Shown: piece after piece, positions 10,085 to 19,592 of the stretch
How positions within the stretch are numbered: the stretch's first letter is position 1
How the letters are laid out: every line of letters begins with the position of its first letter
Source of the DNA: Janthinobacterium lividum
Lineage (GTDB): Bacteria > Pseudomonadota > Alphaproteobacteria > Rhizobiales > Beijerinckiaceae
Direction: 5' to 3'
DNA length: 64,000 bases
NCBI GenBank assembly: GCA_050920985.1
Contig: JBPBQY010000044.1
Span: forward strand, 22,123 to 86,122
Position numbers and translations under genes: made by a program
Notes under the pieces: model-generated
Database searches by the model: none
What the model saw: only the letters and a program-made list of their open reading frames with translations
Told to the model about the DNA's origin: nothing

Positions 10085-10477
10085 ATGAGCATCCTCGGCA
10101 ATCTCGGCAGTGCGCTCAGCAGTTTCGTCGAACAGCACGGCGGTGCCGAAGCGATGGCTCAGCAGGCCCTGCAGCAGGCCGGCGGCGTGCAGGGCATCGT
10201 CGGCAAGTTGCAGCAGGCCGGGTACGGCGAGCAGGTGAAGTCGTGGCTTGGCACCGGGCCGAACCAGCCGATGACGCCCGAGGGCATCGCCCAGGCGATC
10301 GGCCACGGCAAGATCGGCGAGATGGCGGCGCATTATGGTGTCCAGCCGGAGCAACTGTCCGGGATGCTCGCCAAGGTGCTGCCGGGCCTGATCGATCGGA
10401 TCAGCCCCAACGGGACGACGGAACCTCACCTCCTGCAAGGCAATGCCGCGGCTTCGCCGCTCGACCCGGCCTCCTGA
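10085..10477 (+). CDS. YidB/DUF937 family protein
   Basis: GG..G...KLQQAG.GE.V.SWLGTGPNQP, LA..LP.LIDRISPNG. Confidence 0.9.
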   Translation: MSILGNLGSALSSFVEQHGGAEAMAQQALQQAGGVQGIVGKLQQAGYGEQVKSWLGTGPNQPMTPEGIAQAIGHGKIGEMAAHYGVQPEQLSGMLAKVLPGLIDRISPNGTTEPHLLQGNAAASPLDPAS

Positions 10478-10657
10478 CACGCCGGATCGTTACGCTTTGT
10501 TGATCTCTGCCGGGCAGGTTCTGCGGAAGCGGGTCGCCGCCGGGCCGATCCGAGCGTTGCGCGCCTGCAGCGACACCGAGGATGCAGCTCCAGGCGGTTT
10601 CAGGGTCTTCGGGCCGCCGGGGTAGCCCGAGACGGCAGGTTCTGCTTTGGCTGAGGC

Positions 10658-12130
10658 ATGAAGATCATTCTGCCCTTCATCAGCAACACGCTGATGAATT
10701 TCATCATCGGCCTGCTGCTGGCGCGCTTTCTCGGCCCGGCCGAATATGGCCGGATGGCCCTGGCCCTGGCGGTGGGCCAAGTTATCCAGACCGTCATGTT
10801 CGATTGGCTGCGGCTCGCCGCCACCCGCTTCTACTCTGAGCGGGCTCGCCTGGAGAGCCCCGACCTGCGCGCCACGCTCGACGCCAGCTTTGCGATCCTC
10901 ATCGCGATCCTGAGCGGCGTTACGCTGTTCGTCTTGATAAGCGGCATCGAGATCCCGCTCTCGCACTCGCTGATCGGCTTGGCGGTCGGGGCCGCGGTGG
11001 CGAACGGCCTCTTCGACTACAACACGGCCCTTGTGCGGGCCCGCTTCCTCGACAGCCTCTACGCCCGCATCATCATGGGCAAGAACGTCCTGTCGCTGCT
11101 GCTGACCGTCGGAGGGGCGTGGTGGTTCGGCTCTGCCGCGATGGCGCTGACCGGGATCTGCCTGTCGATGACGGGTTCGCTCCTCACCTCGCGGCGTTCG
11201 CTCACCGATGCCGGCTCGTCGCCTCGCGCCGCGAAGCGGGGATTGGCCTCCCGGGCCCTGCGTTACGCCATGCCGATCGTCATGGCCAACATGCTCTACC
11301 AAGTCATCCCGCTCGTCGACCGGGCGTTGATCGCGCAGCGCTTCGGTTTCGCCGAATCGGGTCAGTTCTCGCTCGCCTACGACCTTGGCATCCGCATCGT
11401 CCTGGCGATCGGCTCGACGCTCGACGTGCTGCTGTTCCAGCTCGCCGTTCGTACCGACGAGGTCCATGGCGCCGCTGCATCGCGCCAGCAGATCGGCCGC
11501 AACATGGGGGTCGTGGTGGCCATCGTCGTCCCGACCTGCGTGGGCGCATGGCTGGTGCTCCCGTCCTTCCAGCAGCTCGTGGTCCCGCCGGAGTTCCGCG
11601 GCCCCTTCGCGCAGTTCTTCACCTTCCTGCTGCCCGGCTTCTTCTGCTACCCGCTGATCCATTACGCGCTTCACCCGGTCTTCCAGATCCGGACCAAGAC
11701 CAGGCCCTTGATCGTCACCGCCTCCCTCGCGGCCGCCGCCAACATCGGGCTCAGTCTCGCCATGCCGGCAAGCGCCGGTGCCGTCGGCTATGCGGTGGCG
11801 CTGTCGGCGGCGCTCGGCACGGGCCTCCTGGCGCTGATCGCAGCCGCCGGCCTCCTGGGGGCGTCCTGGCCGGCGCCGCGCGACCTCGGCGCGACCCTGC
11901 TCGGCGCAGCGGCCATGGCGGCCTGTCTCCTGCCGTTGCGCGCCTTGCCACCCGGTTTCTCCACGCTGCTGCTGCAGGTCGTGCTCGGTACGTTGGTCTA
12001 TGGCGGGGTCGTCTATCTCTTCGACCTCGCCGGCCTGCGCAGTCTCGCCCTGGCGCATCTACCGGCCCGATGGCGTCGCGGGCCTGGCGGCGACGCCACG
12101 CCTTTACCCAATATTGACCATGTCGCTTAA
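10658..12130 (+). CDS. Polysaccharide flippase / lipopolysaccharide biosynthesis protein (MOP family)
   Basis: 12-14 TM helices; ARFLGPAEYG, YAMPI...DR..I, G.FSLAY. Confidence 0.8.
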   Translation: MKIILPFISNTLMNFIIGLLLARFLGPAEYGRMALALAVGQVIQTVMFDWLRLAATRFYSERARLESPDLRATLDASFAILIAILSGVTLFVLISGIEIPLSHSLIGLAVGAAVANGLFDYNTALVRARFLDSLYARIIMGKNVLSLLLTVGGAWWFGSAAMALTGICLSMTGSLLTSRRSLTDAGSSPRAAKRGLASRALRYAMPIVMANMLYQVIPLVDRALIAQRFGFAESGQFSLAYDLGIRIVLAIGSTLDVLLFQLAVRTDEVHGAAASRQQIGRNMGVVVAIVVPTCVGAWLVLPSFQQLVVPPEFRGPFAQFFTFLLPGFFCYPLIHYALHPVFQIRTKTRPLIVTASLAAAANIGLSLAMPASAGAVGYAVALSAALGTGLLALIAAAGLLGASWPAPRDLGATLLGAAAMAACLLPLRALPPGFSTLLLQVVLGTLVYGGVVYLFDLAGLRSLALAHLPARWRRGPGGDATPLPNIDHVA

Positions 12131-12238
12131 GGGACCGTTCAGTTTATACTATCCGTAACCATGGATAATTTTTATTACTAACATCCTGCATTTGAGGTGT
12201 AGTGTCCAGAGCTGTAAATACCCTCCTCGTGGCTCCGG

Positions 12239-13270
12239 ATGTCGGCAATGAAACGCTGTGGTGTATCGAGCGGCTGGGCCCTGCTGGGCCTCGTGGCCCT
12301 GGCGGCGGCCTCGACGGGCGGCGCAAGGGCCGGCGGTTCCGGCCCGCATGCGGTCGGGATCCCGGGTATTGGGCCGGGCACGGGTGTCGATGTCTACATC
12401 CCCAACCCCGACCCGCAGACGCCCGTCGCCTGGTCGCAGGGAACCGAGCCACCGCCGCCGCAGGGCGATTACGGCGGAGGCACGATTCAATATATGATCA
12501 CCGGCAACGAGAGCCGGCCCGTGCCGCATCCGCGTGTGCAACCGCCCTATTTCCCGGCCAGGGTCGCCCCGATCGACGGGCCCGACGGCCGCTCGAGCCT
12601 CGCCACCCATGCCCGCCCGCCGGAAGGCAGCGGTTACGGCCGGGCGCAGGCCGGATATCGCTATGCGGCGCCTCCCGCCTACCGTGCGCCGGCTTCCGGT
12701 GGTTACGGCGGCTTCGGCTTCGGGGCGCCGGTCCCGCGCGGCGAGGCCTACGAGGCGCGAGCCCGTTACACCCCGACGGCCTACGACGGCAGCGCCGCAA
12801 TCGCGGAGCCCGTCCAGGCCGAGATCGATCCGATGTACCGCCGCCAGGAGGTCGCCTACGCGGGCGGCCAGGGGCCCGGTACGATCGTCATCGATACGGC
12901 CTCGAAATTCCTCTACCTCGTCGAGGGCGGTGGCCAAGCAATGCGCTACGGCATCGGCGTCGCCAAGCCAGGCTTCCTGTGGTCGGGCATGCACACGATC
13001 ACGGCCAAGCGAGAATGGCCGGACTGGACACCGCCGGCCGAGATGCTCGGGCGCCGTCCTGACCTGCCGCGTCACATGGCAGGAGGCATGGAGAACCCAC
13101 TCGGCGCCCGCGCCATGTATCTGGGATCCACGCTCTATCGCATCCACGGCACCAACGAGCCCAACACGATCGGCACCAATGTGTCCTCGGGCTGTATCCG
13201 CCTCCTCAACGAGGACGTGAGCGACCTCTACAATCGCGTGCGCGTCGGGACCCGCGTCGTCGTCATCTGA
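12239..13270 (+). CDS. L,D-transpeptidase (YkuD/ErfK family)
   Basis: Signal-like N terminus; GTIVIDT..KFLYLV, RYGIGV, KREWPDWTPP, NPLGARAMYL, catalytic RIHGTN...IG.NVSSGCIRL. Confidence 0.95.
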   Translation: MSAMKRCGVSSGWALLGLVALAAASTGGARAGGSGPHAVGIPGIGPGTGVDVYIPNPDPQTPVAWSQGTEPPPPQGDYGGGTIQYMITGNESRPVPHPRVQPPYFPARVAPIDGPDGRSSLATHARPPEGSGYGRAQAGYRYAAPPAYRAPASGGYGGFGFGAPVPRGEAYEARARYTPTAYDGSAAIAEPVQAEIDPMYRRQEVAYAGGQGPGTIVIDTASKFLYLVEGGGQAMRYGIGVAKPGFLWSGMHTITAKREWPDWTPPAEMLGRRPDLPRHMAGGMENPLGARAMYLGSTLYRIHGTNEPNTIGTNVSSGCIRLLNEDVSDLYNRVRVGTRVVVI

Positions 13271-13363
13271 ACGACCGACGCCTCGTCCCTGCTTCGAGGG
13301 CGCCACGTTCCTGGCGCGTGGTGGTTCAGGACGCCGAAGAGGGCGAGGCGCGGCCCCGCAAGG

Positions 13364-13673
13364 AGTGCCATTGCCGAAATGGAACGTCTGTGGGGCTGTC
13401 CCGAGGAGAGTCCGGAGGGCGAGAAGCTCGGCTTATGACAGAGACCATTTGCCCGTCGCGCCATCGACACCCCTCGAGATGATCCGGTCTGAGGTCGGCG
13501 ACATGGGCCGCCCGCAGACGGAACCTGTTGAAGTCGTCGGTTCTCGGTCCCTCGCATCGCAAATTCTGAGCGGTACGAGGCGGATCTCTCTCGATGCCGC
13601 TCAGAAAATCAGCGTGGCGTGGAACATTCCGATTCAGCTTCTCGTCATACCGCAAGACGCAAGAGCAGCGTGA
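13364..13673 (+). pseudogene. Frameshifted HigA-like HTH antitoxin remnant
   Basis: One frame reads AIAEMERLWGCPEESPEGEKL and stops at about 13440; another frame continues AYDRDHLPV..PLEMIR...VGSRSLASQILSGTRRISL...WNIPIQLLV; the usual DxLxxLVE linker is missing. Confidence 0.7.
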
Positions 13674-13676
13674 ATC

Positions 13677-14825
13677 TCAACTTTGTGTTCTCGTGACCGT
13701 GCCAGCAGGTGCAGGCCGGGCTGGCAAAGATCCATCGGCGAATTCGCGCCACAGCAGCACAAGGGCCGCCATTAGGGCCGGGCCGACGAAGAGACCGACG
13801 AGACCCCAGCTCTCGACCCCGCCGAGAATGCCGAACAGGACCCAGAGGAAGGGCAGCCGCGTCGTGCCGCCGATGAGGACGGGACGGATCAGGTGGTCGG
13901 CCAGGAAGGCCAGGATACTTCCGCCCGCCACGATCAGGACCGCCGTGACGACGGCACCTTGTGCGAGGAGAATACATCCGACCACGATGAACACCACCGT
14001 CACGGCGAAGGGCACCATGGCGGCGATGGCGGTCAGGCCCCCGAAGAGGATGGGATGGGGTACGCCAGCGAAGGCATAGACGATGCCCATGATGAGGCCT
14101 TCGCCGAGTCCCACGAGGACGAGTCCGTCGACCGTGCCATGGACGGAGGCGACCATCTGCCTGGCGACACGTTCACCCTTGGCCCCGAAAGCCTTCTGGC
14201 TCGCGTCGAGAAGCTGCCGCACCACTTCGTTCCCCTCCTTGAACAGGAAGAAGAGAGTCATCAGGGCAAAGAAGAACAGGACGACGCGATGCACCACTTG
14301 GCCGCCGACGTTTCGGCCGAGCGCCGCCACCTTGGCGCGATCGACACGCGCCGCCATGCCATGAGCCTCGACGCCGTTGGCGAGGTTGTCCTGCCACCAA
14401 TGGGTGACGGCGTCGGCGCCGAACGGCAGATGTGCCACAAAATCAGGAACAGGAATGCCGGACGTCGTGGCTTGATTGTAGAGGTCGACGATGGAGTGAA
14501 ATTCTCTCACACCCTCGAAGAGGACGATCACCAGCGGTAGGCCGAACATCAGGCCGACGCCGAGCGTGAACAGGCCCGGCAGGAGCACATTGTGCTTGCT
14601 TGGCGGGAAGCGCCTCAGGGCCTTTTCGTAAAGGGGCCAAAACGCAATGGCGAGAACGGCCGCCCAGGCGAGGGCCGGCAGGAAGTCGTGGATCGTCCAT
14701 AGACCCAACGCCACGAGGACGACGACCAGAGCCAGCCGTGCGTTGCGCTGCCGAGGTGCGGGTACGCCGCCATCAGCGTCTCCGCTCAAGCGGTCACGAC
14801 GGGGCTGAGGTTCGATCGTGGTCAT
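13677..14825 (-). CDS. AI-2E family transporter
   Basis: Multi-TM; LAWAAVLAIA.WP, FFLFKEG, D..IRP.LIGG..RLP...VLFGILGG...GL.GLFVGP. Confidence 0.9.
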   Translation of the reverse strand: MTTIEPQPRRDRLSGDADGGVPAPRQRNARLALVVVLVALGLWTIHDFLPALAWAAVLAIAFWPLYEKALRRFPPSKHNVLLPGLFTLGVGLMFGLPLVIVLFEGVREFHSIVDLYNQATTSGIPVPDFVAHLPFGADAVTHWWQDNLANGVEAHGMAARVDRAKVAALGRNVGGQVVHRVVLFFFALMTLFFLFKEGNEVVRQLLDASQKAFGAKGERVARQMVASVHGTVDGLVLVGLGEGLIMGIVYAFAGVPHPILFGGLTAIAAMVPFAVTVVFIVVGCILLAQGAVVTAVLIVAGGSILAFLADHLIRPVLIGGTTRLPFLWVLFGILGGVESWGLVGLFVGPALMAALVLLWREFADGSLPARPAPAGTVTRTQS

Positions 14826-14940
14826 AGGCGGTGCCTCACGGACGTTGAGCCGAACGGTGCATCGGCGCGATGCTGCTTCGTCCGAAGATCATCGCCCGTT
14901 ACGGCGACGGGGCGCCGGACCTCAATCCGGCGCCGACACG

Positions 14941-15189
14941 TCAGCGAACGACGCGGGTCGTGGTGACGGTGCGACCCATCATGGGGCGACGCACGACGCG
15001 CTTGGTGACGATGCGACCACCGAAGGGACCGCGACGTACCGTCTTGGTCACCACCACGGCGGCATCGACGATGGGGGCCTGGGTGGCGCCGACGACGGAG
15101 GTCGCGCCCGCGACCGGCATGGCCTCGGCAGCGGTGGCGACACAGAGACCGGCGATGGCGGCGAAACCGAGCGAGGCGATGATCTTCAT
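14941..15189 (-). CDS. Small secreted cationic protein (82 aa)
   Basis: RBS GGAGGA; signal peptide MKIIASLGFAAIAGLCVATAAEA; Val/Thr/Arg-rich mature part. Confidence 0.7.
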   Translation of the reverse strand: MKIIASLGFAAIAGLCVATAAEAMPVAGATSVVGATQAPIVDAAVVVTKTVRRGPFGGRIVTKRVVRRPMMGRTVTTTRVVR

Positions 15190-15360
15190 GACATGATCCT
15201 CCGGGATAACGGGGGAGCGCACCGTTTCCGGCTTTGACGCTCCCCAGGAAAGGGAGAGCGGCCCCGCATGATGGATCTGCCGAGGCGCATCCATCGACAC
15301 CAACGCCACTCTAGGCGTCTGAACGCGAATAGCCGCGCTCAAGTTTCATGCCGCTCGATC

Positions 15361-16413
15361 TCAGTTTCCATCAAGGTTACGCCGGAACACCAAGGCGTCC
15401 CCCTGGGTACGAACCGCGATCTCCGAGCCGATCGCGGGTGGCGCAGCGGCGAGCCAGCAGGCCTGCAGCGCGACCGCTCCACCCGGCGTCTCGAGGTCAA
15501 GCCAGGTCAGGGGTCCCAGCATGGCGGCATGGCGGACCGTGACCTTTGTCCCTTGCCCGGCCTCGGCCGCCACGATCTGCTCCGGCCGCAGCATGAGGTC
15601 CGCGGGCCCATCGGCGACGCCGTGGGGATTGCGCACCGCGACGCGTCCCAGGGCGGTCTCGGCGAAGCCGCCCGACAGCATTCCATCGAGATGAAGCGCC
15701 GAACCGGCCAGCCGTGCCGTGTCGAGATCGACGGGGTCGCGATAGAAATCCGCGGGCGTGCCGCGCTGCACGATGCGGCCCGACCGCATGACGGCAATCT
15801 CATCCGCGACCGAGAAAGCCTCGTCGCGGTCATGCGTCACCATCAGGGCGGCGGCACCGCCGCGCTTCAGGATCGTGCGGACCTCGGCGCAAAGCGTGCG
15901 GCGCAGATGGGCGTCGAGCGCGTTGAACGGTTCGTCGAGCAGCACCACGGCCGGCGAGGGTGCCAGCGCGCGGGCGATGGAGATCCGCTGCTGCTGCCCT
16001 CCCGAAAGCTCGTGTGGCATGCGTCGGCCAAATCCCGCCATGCCGACAAGCTCGAGCATGTCTTCGACCCGGCCCGAGCGGCGCCCCGCCGGCGACAGGC
16101 CGAAGCCGACATTGGCGGCGACGTCGAGATGGGGAAAGAGCACGCCGTCCTGCGGCACGTAGCCGATGCCGCGCCGAAAAGGCGGCACCCAGCAGCCGCG
16201 GCCGCCGACCGGGCCATCGGCGACGGCCTTGCCGGCCAGGGCGACCGATCCGGCATCGGCGCGGTCAAAGCCGGCCACGAGACGCAGCAGCGTGGTCTTG
16301 CCGCAGCCGGAAGGGCCGAGCAGCGCCACGATGTCGCCGGGCGCCACCGCGAGGTCGATGTCGCGCAGAACGGGGACGTCGCCATAGGATTTGGCGAGCC
16401 CTTGAACCAGCAA
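15361..16413 (-). CDS. Fe3+ ABC transporter ATP-binding subunit (FbpC-like)
   Basis: Walker A GPSGCGKT, VPQDGVLFPH, LSGGQQQR, LLDEPF, VTHD; TOBE-like tail. Confidence 0.9.
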   Translation of the reverse strand: MLVQGLAKSYGDVPVLRDIDLAVAPGDIVALLGPSGCGKTTLLRLVAGFDRADAGSVALAGKAVADGPVGGRGCWVPPFRRGIGYVPQDGVLFPHLDVAANVGFGLSPAGRRSGRVEDMLELVGMAGFGRRMPHELSGGQQQRISIARALAPSPAVVLLDEPFNALDAHLRRTLCAEVRTILKRGGAAALMVTHDRDEAFSVADEIAVMRSGRIVQRGTPADFYRDPVDLDTARLAGSALHLDGMLSGGFAETALGRVAVRNPHGVADGPADLMLRPEQIVAAEAGQGTKVTVRHAAMLGPLTWLDLETPGGAVALQACWLAAAPPAIGSEIAVRTQGDALVFRRNLDGN

Positions 16414-16539
16414 TGCGGAAGCGTTCAGGATCGGGGTCTCCGCGGCGGCGCGCCGAAGCGCCAGGCGGTCCAGGGTGTGGAGCCGGGCGGCTCCTCCTGG
16501 CTCTGCCCTGAAAAACGCGACACGCCAAGAGGCTTGTCG

Positions 16540-18108
16540 TCAGGCGCGGTCGCGGCGCTTCTGAAGCTGCACGGTCGCCCAATAGGCCGGCACGCCGGAA
16601 ACCAGGACCAGCAGCGCCGCATAGGGTGCCGCCGTGCCGTATTTCATCTGGGACGACTGAGCCCAGAGCTCCATCGACAGGGTACGGATCCCGGTCGGTG
16701 CCAGCACCAATGTGGCGGTCAACTCCTTCATCAACTGCATGAAGACCAGCAGCGCCGCGGCCCCCAGCCCCGGAAGGATGTTGGGCAAAGTGACGGTCAG
16801 CATCACCCGCCAGGGCGCGCGTCCAAGCGCCAAGGCCACCTCCTCCATGGCGGGGGGCACCTGCTCCACCGCGGGGCGCAGGGCCGTCTGGGCCAGCGGC
16901 AGGAACAGGATCGCGTAGGCGACCATCAGCAGCGCAGTGGTCTGATAGAGGAACGGGGCGGCCCGCAGGCAGAAGTAGACGAGCGACAACGCCACCACGA
17001 GACCCGGCAGGGCATGGACCACGAAGGGCAGACGCTCGGCCAGCACCGCCGCGCGCCCGCGTCGCCGGAAGGCGGCCAGCACCAGGAAGAGCCCCGTCGC
17101 CGTGGTGACGAGAGCACCGAGAGCCGCCAGCTCGACCGAATCGCCGACCGACGACAAGATACGCTCTAGCGGCAGCGAAACGTGACGGGCAAGCAGCAGC
17201 CAATAGGCCAGCATGGCGACCGGAAAACCCAGTGCCAGGCCGATCAGCCCGGCGAGCCCCGCCAAGGCCGGAACCGCGGCGAAGCCGAGTCGGGCCGGCA
17301 CATGCGGGGCGGTGGCGCCCGAGGCCGCACGTGAAAAGCGACGCCGGCCGCGCAACAGCAGCTCCGCCGCCATGACGGCGAGGCAGAGCGCGATCAGCAC
17401 GGCCGACAGCATCGCGGCTGCAGCACCATCGTAGGAGAGTTCGTAGGCCTCATAGATCGCGGTCGTGAAGGTCTCGACGCGTAGCAGCGCCAGCGGGCCG
17501 AATTCTACCAGCATGTGGAGCGTGACGAGGAGGATGCCGCCCGAGAGGGCCGGCACGAGTTGCGGCAGCACGGTCCTGCCGAAGATGCGCCAGGGACCGT
17601 GCCCGACCGAGCGCGCCACATCCTCGAGCGCCGGATCCATGCCGCGTAGAGCCGCCGCGACCGGCAGGTAGACGAGCGGATATTCGGCCAGGATCAGGAC
17701 GAAGACGGAGCCCGCCATCCCCTCGACCCGTGGTGTCAGTGACAGCCAGGCGAAGGCCGAAACCAGCGCCGGCATGGCGAGCGGCAGCGGCACCAGCACC
17801 CGCCAGATCGCGCGTCCCCGCAGATCGCTGCGCTCGACGAGCCAGGCCGCCGCGGTGCCAATGACGACGGATCCCGCCGTGACGGCGCCGGCAAGTTCGA
17901 GCGTGTTCGCCAGCAGTTCGGCCGTGAAGGGCCGGATCAGCAGGTCGAGCGCGTCGGTCCAGCCAACCGACGCCGCCTGCCAGGCCACATAGGCCAGCGG
18001 CAAGGCCGCCAGGGCGACCACGACCGCGAGCGGCAGGACGAGCCACGACGGCGTCGCGGGCAGACCGCGGCGGCGCCGATGCGAAAGGGCGAGGCCCGTC
18101 GCCGCCAT
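16540..18108 (-). CDS. Fe3+ ABC transporter permease (FbpB-like, duplicated TM module)
   Basis: Two EAA-like loops (LEDVARSVG, MEEVALALG); MKEL.ATL; ATG overlaps the SBP stop codon. Confidence 0.9.
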   Translation of the reverse strand: MAATGLALSHRRRRGLPATPSWLVLPLAVVVALAALPLAYVAWQAASVGWTDALDLLIRPFTAELLANTLELAGAVTAGSVVIGTAAAWLVERSDLRGRAIWRVLVPLPLAMPALVSAFAWLSLTPRVEGMAGSVFVLILAEYPLVYLPVAAALRGMDPALEDVARSVGHGPWRIFGRTVLPQLVPALSGGILLVTLHMLVEFGPLALLRVETFTTAIYEAYELSYDGAAAAMLSAVLIALCLAVMAAELLLRGRRRFSRAASGATAPHVPARLGFAAVPALAGLAGLIGLALGFPVAMLAYWLLLARHVSLPLERILSSVGDSVELAALGALVTTATGLFLVLAAFRRRGRAAVLAERLPFVVHALPGLVVALSLVYFCLRAAPFLYQTTALLMVAYAILFLPLAQTALRPAVEQVPPAMEEVALALGRAPWRVMLTVTLPNILPGLGAAALLVFMQLMKELTATLVLAPTGIRTLSMELWAQSSQMKYGTAAPYAALLVLVSGVPAYWATVQLQKRRDRA

Positions 18109-19136
18109 CAGTTGATGCCGACCGCCCGTTCGAGGTCGAGCGCCGACGCGGCATCGCCGATTTCGGCAGCCGTGACGGGCGAGGGATCGAGCGTGTCGAA
18201 GGCCTTCAAGGCCGTCGGCGAGGTCACGCCGGGACGCAGCGGAAAGTCGCCGGCCGCCTCGGCCAGCACCCTCTGGCCCTCCTCGCTCACCGCGAAGGCG
18301 GCGAATTGCTCCGCCTCGGCTTTGTGAGGCGCGTATTTCGGGATGGCGAGGCCCGACACCGTCACCAGCGCACCAGGATCCTTGTTGCCGATGTAGTGGA
18401 CGCGGGCCTCGAGCGTCTCGGCACCGCGCTCCTTGGCGACCGCGAGCCAGTAATTGTCGGCGTTGATGGCGAGTTCGACCTCGCCGCGATCGACGGCCAG
18501 CACCATGGCGGTGTTTTTCGGGAAGGCCTTGCCGTTGGTCTTGAGCCCGGTGAGCCACGCCTTGGCGGCTTCGGTGCCCTTCTGCTTCTCGACCGCGACG
18601 ACCATTTCGAGGAAGGCCGCGGCACGCGGATTGTAGGCGAACTTGCCGGCCCATTCGGGCTTGGCAAGATCCATGATCGAGGCCGGCAGCTTAGCCTCGT
18701 CGATCATCTTGCGATTGTAAAGGAGCACGAAGCTGCGCGCCGTGACGCCGACCCAATCCTGATGGGCGCCGCTGAACCGCGCCGGTACCGCCGACATGAC
18801 GGCGGCGGGAAGCGGGTTCAGCAGGTTCTTGTCGGCCAGCGTCACCAGGGCGGTCGAATATTCGGCGTAGAAGATGTCCGCCGGCGTGCGCTCGCCCTCC
18901 TGGGCGATCTGCTGCGCCAGGGCCGGGGCGCCGTTGTCGCGGAACGCGACCTTGATGCCGGTCTTCTGCGTGAAAGCGGCGGCGAGCGCCTCGACCGGGC
19001 CTTCGTCCTGGCTGTTATAAATCGTTAGGTTGCCGGCCTCCGCGGCCCGTACCGGGCCACCCGTCAGGAGGATCAGTGCGGACGCCAGAAGAGCCCCGCC
19101 AAGAGCAGCGGGGCGGCGCGGGGGCAGATGGGTCAT
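18108..19136 (-). CDS. Fe3+ ABC transporter substrate-binding protein (FbpA/FutA-like)
   Basis: Signal peptide; QEGERTPADIFY, WVGVTAR, GEVELAINADNYW, DPGALVTVSG. Confidence 0.9.
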   Translation of the reverse strand: MTHLPPRRPAALGGALLASALILLTGGPVRAAEAGNLTIYNSQDEGPVEALAAAFTQKTGIKVAFRDNGAPALAQQIAQEGERTPADIFYAEYSTALVTLADKNLLNPLPAAVMSAVPARFSGAHQDWVGVTARSFVLLYNRKMIDEAKLPASIMDLAKPEWAGKFAYNPRAAAFLEMVVAVEKQKGTEAAKAWLTGLKTNGKAFPKNTAMVLAVDRGEVELAINADNYWLAVAKERGAETLEARVHYIGNKDPGALVTVSGLAIPKYAPHKAEAEQFAAFAVSEEGQRVLAEAAGDFPLRPGVTSPTALKAFDTLDPSPVTAAEIGDAASALDLERAVGIN

Positions 19137-19305
19137 GGAGCGATCCTCGGGCGCTTTGGTGCGCCCATCCTGTCGAAGACCTCCGATCCGCGCCTGTATA
19201 GGCCTCGACAGCGGATCCCCGAACGTGATGACGCTCTATAGCGACGACACGGCGCGGTCGTCAATTGCTGCAGCAGACACGCAAAGCCGCACCGCTATTC
19301 TATGT

Positions 19306-19322
19306 TTTGGAATTATTCCATT
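19306..19322. promoter_or_regulatory. Putative Irr/ICE iron-control element
   Basis: TTTGGAA-TTA-TTCCATT vs consensus TTTRGAA-N3-TTCYAAA (2 mismatches), about 170 bp upstream of the iron SBP gene. Confidence 0.5.
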
Positions 19323-19592
19323 GTAACAGCGGCGCATTGATCGCCAGCGGCTGCATCGCGTCGGGCCGGGGCGCCGCTGACGGTCAGAGCTGTCGGTCGG
19401 CTCCGCGACGCCGGATAGGCACTTCACCCCGCCTTTACCATTTCGGCCTTTGATGAGGGCTCGGGTTGGATCGTTCCGGTTGTGCCTCCATGGCGTCGCT
19501 CAGCCGACGACGACCTCGCCTGACCAGACTGGACCACCTTTGCCGCCGGCCGAGGGGCTCCGGGACCACCGAGTTGCGACGGACGCATCGCC

